In this document: piece after piece, positions 58,988 to 64,000 of the stretch
How positions within the stretch are numbered: position 1 is the first letter of the stretch
Layout of the letters: every line of letters begins with the position of its first letter
Assembly (NCBI GenBank): GCA_964500505.1
Contig: CAZCNN010000001.1
Span: forward strand, 205,056 to 269,055
Source of the DNA: an uncultured Bdellovibrionales bacterium
Lineage (GTDB): Bacteria > Patescibacteriota > Minisyncoccia > Moranbacterales > UBA1568
DNA: 64,000 bases
Direction: 5' to 3'
Position numbers and translations under genes: made by a program
The notes under the pieces: model-generated
Seen by the model: the letters and a program-made list of their open reading frames with translations, nothing else
What the model was told of the DNA's origin: nothing
Database searches by the model: none

Positions 58988-59335
58988 CTATTTGAGGGCC
59001 ACCTGTCCGCGCTCCTCGAGATACTTCACCGCGTCCAGTTTCTCAAGTTTCAATTCATCTTTGGAAGCCTCAATCCGATGGAGAGAGCGGAGGTCCGCCT
59101 CGGTGATGCGGAGTTCAGCATTTTCTTGTTTCAACTGATCGATTTCTCGCTCCAGCGTCCGCATATGATAGCCCTGGACGGCGCTTTGGTTGACCGAATA
59201 CAGGTAGCATCCCCCAGACACAAACAGTGCCGACAAGACACCGAGGAGAAAGAGGTGCGCCGAACCAGAGAGCTCGCGTTTGCTCTCTTTGGGCGCCCAT
59301 GAAGTCATGAAATTTTTTCTTCGAACCACTGCCAT
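58988..59335 (-). CDS. ftsL: FtsL-like cell-division protein
   Basis: It is a small bitopic protein with a TM (LFLLGVLSALFVSGG) and a coiled coil (LEREIDQLKQENAELR). It sits between rsmH and ftsI, the canonical ftsL position. Confidence 0.6.
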   Translation of the reverse strand: MAVVRRKNFMTSWAPKESKRELSGSAHLFLLGVLSALFVSGGCYLYSVNQSAVQGYHMRTLEREIDQLKQENAELRITEADLRSLHRIEASKDELKLEKLDAVKYLEERGQVALK

Positions 59336-59372
59336 ATTTATTTGTATTTTTATTTTGCCCCCTTCTCTTCTC

Positions 59373-60335
59373 CTAGCGCTTCTCGAGTATTCTCAGTTTG
59401 GCACTGCGCGCTCGGGGATTCTCTGCGACTTCTTTCTCTCCGGCTACAATCGGTTTTTTGGTAATGATGCGTGCTTTAGGCACCTGCCCACACTGACAGA
59501 CTGGGAAATTGGGTGGACAGATACACTCGCCTTCGGCCTCTCGGTATGCCTGCTTCACTCGGATATCTTCACCCGAATGAAACGCAATGACGGCCAACCG
59601 TCCTCCTGGCGCGAGACACTCTATGGCGTCAGCGAGAAACGTCTCCAGATGAGCGAACTCACTATTCACTGCGATGCGGAGCGCCTGAAAGGTCTGCGTG
59701 GCCGGATGAATCTTCATCGTGGCCCGCTTCTTCTTGGGATAGGCCTCTGTGACGAGGGTAGCCAGTGCATGTGTGGTCTCGATCGGTTTCACGGCCCGCT
59801 CTCTCACGATAGCCTGTGCGATGCGTCGTGCCTCACTCTCACCGCCATACTCACGGAGGATGGCAGCGATATCGTCTTCCTCGTAGGTATTGACAACCGT
59901 TCGTGCGGTGAGCGGAGTATCCTGACTCAGTCGCATATCGAGTGGTCCATCTTCCCGGAAACTGAGTCCCCGATCTGGTGTCTCAATCTGATCTGATGAG
60001 TATCCGAGATCGGCGAGGATGGCATCAACCGTGGTGATACCAAGTTCTTGGCACACCGCCTTGAGCTCCGAGTAATTCCGTTTCACGACGATCAGTCTCC
60101 CCTCACGAGTTGCCTGCTCGAGGACCGGATCAGTCGCCACGCGCTCGCCAAAACGAGCAATCGCCTCGCTGTCCGTCTCAATCGCAATGACGCGTCCCGG
60201 CGCGACCGCCGAGAGGAGCATCGCGGTATGGCCGCCACCGCCTAAGGTTGCGTCCACTACCGTCATTCCCTTTTCAAGGTGCAACATCTCTCTCGTCTCT
60301 TCGAGCAATACGGGGATATGTGTCGTCTGTTTCAT
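59373..60335 (-). CDS. rsmH: 16S rRNA (cytosine1402-N4)-methyltransferase RsmH (MraW)
   Basis: IPVLLEE...VDATLGGGGHT is the RsmH N-terminus with its SAM-binding motif. Confidence 0.92.
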   Translation of the reverse strand: MKQTTHIPVLLEETREMLHLEKGMTVVDATLGGGGHTAMLLSAVAPGRVIAIETDSEAIARFGERVATDPVLEQATREGRLIVVKRNYSELKAVCQELGITTVDAILADLGYSSDQIETPDRGLSFREDGPLDMRLSQDTPLTARTVVNTYEEDDIAAILREYGGESEARRIAQAIVRERAVKPIETTHALATLVTEAYPKKKRATMKIHPATQTFQALRIAVNSEFAHLETFLADAIECLAPGGRLAVIAFHSGEDIRVKQAYREAEGECICPPNFPVCQCGQVPKARIITKKPIVAGEKEVAENPRARSAKLRILEKR

Positions 60336-60461
60336 GTCATTTCAACCATCAAGTATAAAAACTGCCTATACCTTTCAACTTTTATATTTGGTGTTTGAAT
60401 TTTCAATTTCTAATTTTCAATTCTCAATCAATGATTCAATAATTTATTCAATAGCGAACAA
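60336..60461. repeat. AT-rich mraZ-rsmH intergenic region with TTCAAT iterons; it shares the 16-mer aattttcaatttctaa with 6111-6126
   Basis: It contains gaattttcaatttctaattttcaattctcaatcaatgattcaataatttattcaatag. TTCAAT occurs five or more times here. Confidence 0.4.
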
Positions 60462-60896
60462 CTAATAGATGCCGAGTTTGCCGAGATCTTCCGCAATCTT
60501 GCCAGTATTCTTTTCAGCCTGACTCTTATATTTATTCCATTTGGCTGTATCCCAGATTTCGAGACGGTTGAAGAGTCCCACAATCGTGACCTCTTTCTTC
60601 AGACCTCCATCGGCTTTCAAATATTCTGGGAGGAGCACTCGTCCCTGACTATCAAGCTCCACATCGGTAGCTCCAGCCAGCATCACTCGGATAAAACTCC
60701 GCGTCCCTGCCTCACCGACCGGAAGAGTCCCGAGCTTGGTCGCCAGTTCTTCCCAGACTTTCATTGGATAGACAAAGAGACAGTTATCGAGACCACGTGT
60801 GAGCACGACTTTGTTCCCGAGTTCGCCACGGAACTTCGAAGGAAGCGCCAGGCGCTTTTTGGGATCAATCGTGTGTGCGTACTCGCCGATGAACAT
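60462..60896 (-). CDS. mraZ: Transcriptional regulator MraZ (start taken at the internal MFIGEY)
   Basis: MFIGEYAHTIDPKKRLALPSKFR...LDSQGRVLLP shows two MraZ repeats. The track ORF carries a 24-aa 5' extension. Confidence 0.85.
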   Translation of the reverse strand: MFIGEYAHTIDPKKRLALPSKFRGELGNKVVLTRGLDNCLFVYPMKVWEELATKLGTLPVGEAGTRSFIRVMLAGATDVELDSQGRVLLPEYLKADGGLKKEVTIVGLFNRLEIWDTAKWNKYKSQAEKNTGKIAEDLGKLGIY

Positions 60897-61213
60897 ACGA
60901 CTATAAAAATTCAAAGCCCAAATTACAAACACCCAACAAAATCCAAAACTCCAATGACCAAAAACCAAATTCCAGAAACTTTAGGAATTCCCCACTTTCA
61001 CCCACTTTTCTTATCTACCTCCACATTTTATACCACCGAGAGACACAGCGTCAACCCCGCACCTTTTTGGCTTAAAAGAGACCTATTGTCGAAAAGAGTA
61101 TGAGTTATACACCTCACCACGAACAAAAAGGTGTCGGGTCAACACAAAAGTTATTCACCCAGTGAAATTGCTCATACTTGAGCGCTGGCAAAGCCAGTAT
61201 TTCACCGGGTAAA

Positions 61214-61243
61214 CCAAAAAAACGGCCTTTTCAGGCCGTTCTT
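61214..61243 (-). terminator. Intrinsic terminator at the downstream end of the low-GC island
   Basis: On the minus strand AACGGCC-UGAAAA-GGCCGUU is followed by UUUUUUU. It lies ~25 nt after the stop of the 61264..61650 gene. Confidence 0.55.
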
Positions 61244-61263
61244 AACCTATATCCACACTTCTA

Positions 61264-61650
61264 TCATCTCTGACCCTCAAGAATCTTTACCCTCAGACTA
61301 AGCTCATCTATTCTTTTTGTATATTTTTCATACTGCCTAGCACTATCCCTGTAATAGTCAAAAAAGAATGGAATAGCAGCAAAGAAAAATCCAATTATGA
61401 TGACTGTTGCGACAGTCATCATAAAATTCATTGCCTTATTCTGACTTTTTTCAGATAGAATTAGTGATTTCCGAATATCCCTAGCTTTATCTTCAAGATT
61501 CTTTGTTTTTTCTTCAAGAACGTAAATTCTATCTGCTGTTTTTGCAGAACCACCACTCGCTAATGAAAAATTTGACTTGCTAGCATCTGAAGTCCCAATC
61601 CCAGTCGAAGCTTCTGTTATAAGTCCATCAAACATTTTCATGATACTCAA
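61264..61650 (-). CDS. Small hypothetical protein with a coiled coil, one TM helix and a second coiled coil (island gene 4)
   Basis: It is 128 aa with a TM at MMTVATVIIIGFFFAAIPFFF, flanked by charged helical segments. It lies in the low-GC region. Confidence 0.5.
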   Translation of the reverse strand: MSIMKMFDGLITEASTGIGTSDASKSNFSLASGGSAKTADRIYVLEEKTKNLEDKARDIRKSLILSEKSQNKAMNFMMTVATVIIIGFFFAAIPFFFDYYRDSARQYEKYTKRIDELSLRVKILEGQR

Positions 61651-62077
61651 TTACAATAGATGTACCCTCATCAATAATTTCATCGTCTAAAAATACCTTC
61701 ACGACGTACTTTCCGGCAATTACGAATGGAACCCCTACAAGATTTGCAATGAAATTAGCTCCTCCTTCAGTGTTTTTAACTTCAACCATACCCCCGACCG
61801 AAACCACTAGTTTGTTGTCGGGTGATACTATTTCAACTTTTACCTTGTGCGTGCCGACTTCACTGGTCACATTTAACGAAATAGCGAACCCTGGCTGTAC
61901 AACAGGCAGTCTTGTGGTAATGATCTTGTCAAATATACCTATAACACTCAGTTTTCCTTCTTGCGAAAAAAAAGCATTCTCACTCACATGTACAAAATTT
62001 GTTTTTTTCATATTCTCATATTCAAAAAATGACGGTTGCGGTACTACCGTGAGAATTAAGCGCGTATGCAACAACAT
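61628..62077 (-). CDS. Hypothetical beta-rich protein (island gene 3); the likely start is the internal MKKTNF near 62011
   Basis: It has alternating hydrophobic and polar beta-strand-like segments (KVKVEIVSPDNKLVVSVGGMVEVKNTEGG). No motif recognised. Low GC. Confidence 0.5.
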   Translation of the reverse strand: MLLHTRLILTVVPQPSFFEYENMKKTNFVHVSENAFFSQEGKLSVIGIFDKIITTRLPVVQPGFAISLNVTSEVGTHKVKVEIVSPDNKLVVSVGGMVEVKNTEGGANFIANLVGVPFVIAGKYVVKVFLDDEIIDEGTSIVIEYHENV

Positions 62078-62429
62078 CGCTCATTGCTTTCTCATCCTTA
62101 ACAGGATATGGGAGATCAACAACATATGTACATGGAGAAATACCTTGGATTTGAAAAAGAATTCCACTTCGAAGTAACTCAGCCTCGACACCTGAACCTG
62201 CGTATGTAGAGTAACTTCCTTCTCCTACATAGGATGTTACGGTAACCGTATAAAGAGCATCAGTGTCAGCACTAAACGACAATTCACCAGAGAGCAACAC
62301 TACTCCACCCGCTTGACTTACAGCCGACGTAACTTTTCCCTGTGACTCCCAATTTACGATGTAGAAATTATGCATACGGTTTTGTGTTATCAGTCTATTC
62401 ATTGTTGCGCGTCCAGTCCGAGCGGTCAA
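62022..62429 (-). CDS. Hypothetical Ser/Thr/Gly-rich beta-rich protein (island gene 2)
   Basis: It is 135 aa. No motif recognised. It overlaps the downstream gene's track start. Confidence 0.45.
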   Translation of the reverse strand: MTARTGRATMNRLITQNRMHNFYIVNWESQGKVTSAVSQAGGVVLLSGELSFSADTDALYTVTVTSYVGEGSYSTYAGSGVEAELLRSGILFQIQGISPCTYVVDLPYPVKDEKAMSDVVAYALNSHGSTATVIF

Positions 62430-62454
62430 CTATCAGCCTTTCAAGCCTAAAAGA

Positions 62455-63477
62455 CTACTTCCATCCCTGATTGATGTTTCGCCAAATGATCTGTTCGTGC
62501 TGAACATTTATCATACCCTGCGGGGTCTGCTGAGGCACCATTTGCTTGTGTCTCTTGAGTTCCAGGGTAATCCCAAAGTAGTTGCTATTCTCTGTGGATT
62601 CCACAAAAGCGATTTGGTACTCTTTACGACTTTCCATCTTGCCTTCTATCTCAGTATCCGCATTCCAAGCCTCTGTTACTTTCATCTCACTACTATACGC
62701 CTCGTATACCTCAGTCATCAGGCCCGAGAGCTCGACATCAGCCTCGACCACAGACTTGATACCCAGATCCTCTTTGGCCTCCTTACGACCGATGTAGTAT
62801 TGGTGTGAATAGAGCTTCTCGGTCAAAAACTCGATTACTTTCTCGATCTCATCCTCTTTCATGGGTTGCTTGTGACTCTTAAGAAGTCGCTTGGCCAAAA
62901 TCTTGATGAGGTTATGGGTCCGATTGACATTGCCCAATGCAAGCGGGTGTATAGAGGGATTGCTCTCTACGAATTTGTTGAAAATCTTTGTCAATTCCTC
63001 ATCACTCTTGATACCAAACTTGTTTTTGGCCAAGTCAAAATAGCTCATCACCTCTTCCACTGAGATAGGGATGCGATTCTGGGGATTCTGGGGATCAACG
63101 GGATTGAAAAAGTTTGAAGTCGAAGGGTCAATGGGCGAGAGTTCACTCATGTCACTCATCACGATTTCATCTGCCCCCAGAGCAATCATGGTCGCAGCGC
63201 TATGGGCTTTGTATGGTATGACCACTGAAAAATGTGTGCAGTACTCTCGAATCATGGATACCAGTCGCCATGGCACCATTGTATCGCCCCCAGAGCTATA
63301 GAGTACCAGGTCTATTTTTTCTGTCTTTCCAATCTTCCGAAGCTGCGCACTGATAATAGGAATGATATCTACGGCCACACGCGCATTCACCGGACCCTGC
63401 CGATCACTCGTCACATAAGTCACCACTCGGGAACCGCGGAGTGCTTCCATTTTCTTGATCAGGTCGTTCCGTTCCAT
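62455..63477 (-). CDS. SDH/S49-type ClpP-fold serine peptidase with a ~170-aa uncharacterised C-terminal domain (island gene 1)
   Basis: IDLVLYSSGGDTMVPWRLVSMIREYCTHFSVVIPYKAHSAATMIALGADEIVMSDMSELSPIDP matches the serine-dehydrogenase-proteinase/S49 core. It has no TM helix. Low GC. Confidence 0.6.
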   Translation of the reverse strand: MERNDLIKKMEALRGSRVVTYVTSDRQGPVNARVAVDIIPIISAQLRKIGKTEKIDLVLYSSGGDTMVPWRLVSMIREYCTHFSVVIPYKAHSAATMIALGADEIVMSDMSELSPIDPSTSNFFNPVDPQNPQNRIPISVEEVMSYFDLAKNKFGIKSDEELTKIFNKFVESNPSIHPLALGNVNRTHNLIKILAKRLLKSHKQPMKEDEIEKVIEFLTEKLYSHQYYIGRKEAKEDLGIKSVVEADVELSGLMTEVYEAYSSEMKVTEAWNADTEIEGKMESRKEYQIAFVESTENSNYFGITLELKRHKQMVPQQTPQGMINVQHEQIIWRNINQGWK

Positions 63478-63512
63478 ACTGCAAATGAGTTATATATCGC
63501 TAAACACCATCA

Positions 63513-63540
63513 TTGTAGCACCAGCTGATACTTTCGTAAA
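63513..63540 (-). promoter_or_regulatory. Candidate sigma70-like promoter for the island operon
   Basis: On the minus strand TTTACG is followed by a 16-17 nt spacer and TACAAT. The -10 lies ~35 nt upstream of the ATG at 63477. The half-site ATAACTCAT lies between the promoter and the ATG. Confidence 0.3.
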
Positions 63541-63565
63541 GGGTTTTTTGTTTGGGGTGTGCTAT

Positions 63566-64000
63566 CTACAACTTTTCCAGCACTTTCACGAGGAGGCGGA
63601 CAGGGGCGCCGGCGGAGCCTTTGGCCAGGAATTCATCAGGGAGCGTGGTCATGCGTGGGGCGATATCGAGGTGGACCCAAGGATAGGCCTGGTCGACAAA
63701 CTGCTTGAGAAATACCGCTGCCGTGATCGCACCGCCATAGCGCGTACGACCGAGGTTGGCCACGTCACCAAAAGTGCCCTTGATTTCTGCATCATACTCA
63801 TCCCACAGTGGCAGTGGCCAGACATGGTCACCACTTTCTTCACCGAGATGACGGAGCTTCATTTCGAGTTTCTCATCGGCCGTAAAAAGCGCCGACGCCC
63901 GTTCTCCGAGCGCCCCCATGGCAGCGCCAGTGAGAGTCGCGACATCGATGACGAGCGACGGACGGTAGCGCTTGGCATAGTGGAGCGCATCAGCGAGGAT
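63566..64000 (-). CDS. pepA: Leucyl aminopeptidase (M17 family), C-terminal part; the gene continues beyond the window end
   Basis: Manual translation to the window edge gives ...YAKRYRPSLVIDVATLTGAAMGALGE.., which includes the DxATLTGA M17 motif. The track ORF from the internal Met covers only the last 117 aa. Confidence 0.85.
   Translation of the reverse strand: MLADALHYAKRYRPSLVIDVATLTGAAMGALGERASALFTADEKLEMKLRHLGEESGDHVWPLPLWDEYDAEIKGTFGDVANLGRTRYGGAITAAVFLKQFVDQAYPWVHLDIAPRMTTLPDEFLAKGSAGAPVRLLVKVLEKL

Noticed and set aside
60969-61213. Possible small gene or integration-site tRNA in the 300-bp spacer between the island and mraZ
   Set aside because: It contains only short hairpins (acacct...aggtgt, ctggcaaagccag) and the island terminator. 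The 76-aa plus-strand ORF (60873-61103) overlaps mraZ and is implausible. It more likely holds the mraZ promoter region.
1-64000. Search for tRNA, rRNA, tmRNA, RNase P RNA and CRISPR arrays
   Set aside because: No cloverleaf-like GTTCGAATC-type T-arm sequences and no direct-repeat/spacer arrays were seen in any intergenic region. A weak resemblance to RNase P CR-I/CR-V blocks near 39250-39440 did not hold up, because the blocks are inexact and the ACAGAAGCCGG stretch is simply part of a terminator stem. A proper covariance-model scan would be decisive.

Overview
This 64-kb window comes from a compact bacterial genome of about 55% GC with very strong gene-strand bias. About 60 coding regions lie on the minus strand and only one, a class A penicillin-binding protein, on the plus strand. 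The minus-strand genes are tightly packed with short intergenic gaps, as in operons. Recognisable content is mostly housekeeping: hrpA helicase, pheS/pheT, tyrS, secD/secF, an ABC-F ATPase, NUDIX, recJ, dnaJ, mltG, trxA, lepA, murJ, glyA, and a dcw cluster (mraZ-rsmH-ftsL-ftsI-murF). There is also a complete but dispersed dTDP-L-rhamnose pathway (rmlA/B/C/D) plus galU, four GT4 glycosyltransferases and a Wzz-like protein, which together suggest a cell-surface glycan locus. A MacA/MacB-like four-gene ABC efflux operon is present. A cluster of secreted or surface proteins includes a lipoprotein, a CHAP-domain hydrolase, a DsbA-like oxidoreductase and a metzincin protease. The gene set, the many uncharacterised secreted proteins and the apparent lack of Shine-Dalgarno sites fit a small-genome, possibly CPR/Patescibacteria-like organism; this is inference only. 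I found no rRNA, tRNA or CRISPR array by eye. The most unusual points are listed here.
- A low-GC four-gene island (61264-63477) sits between pepA and the dcw cluster, with its own promoter-like and terminator elements, and encodes an SDH/S49-type ClpP-fold serine peptidase plus three small unknown proteins.
- A membrane-anchored PaaX-like regulator (50475-51065) is flanked by two near-identical ~40-bp palindromic repeats, and the half-site recurs upstream of the island and of mraZ.
- SecD carries an inserted parvulin-like PPIase domain.
- Two single-gene compositional outliers are present: a GC-rich ORF at 30357-31154 and an AT-rich ORF at 51812-52546.
- A ~690-bp non-coding region upstream of lepA contains a long hairpin and an internal terminator.
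- An AT-rich 16-mer is shared by two intergenic regions.

Coordinates of non-CDS features were read by eye and may be off by 1-2 nt.
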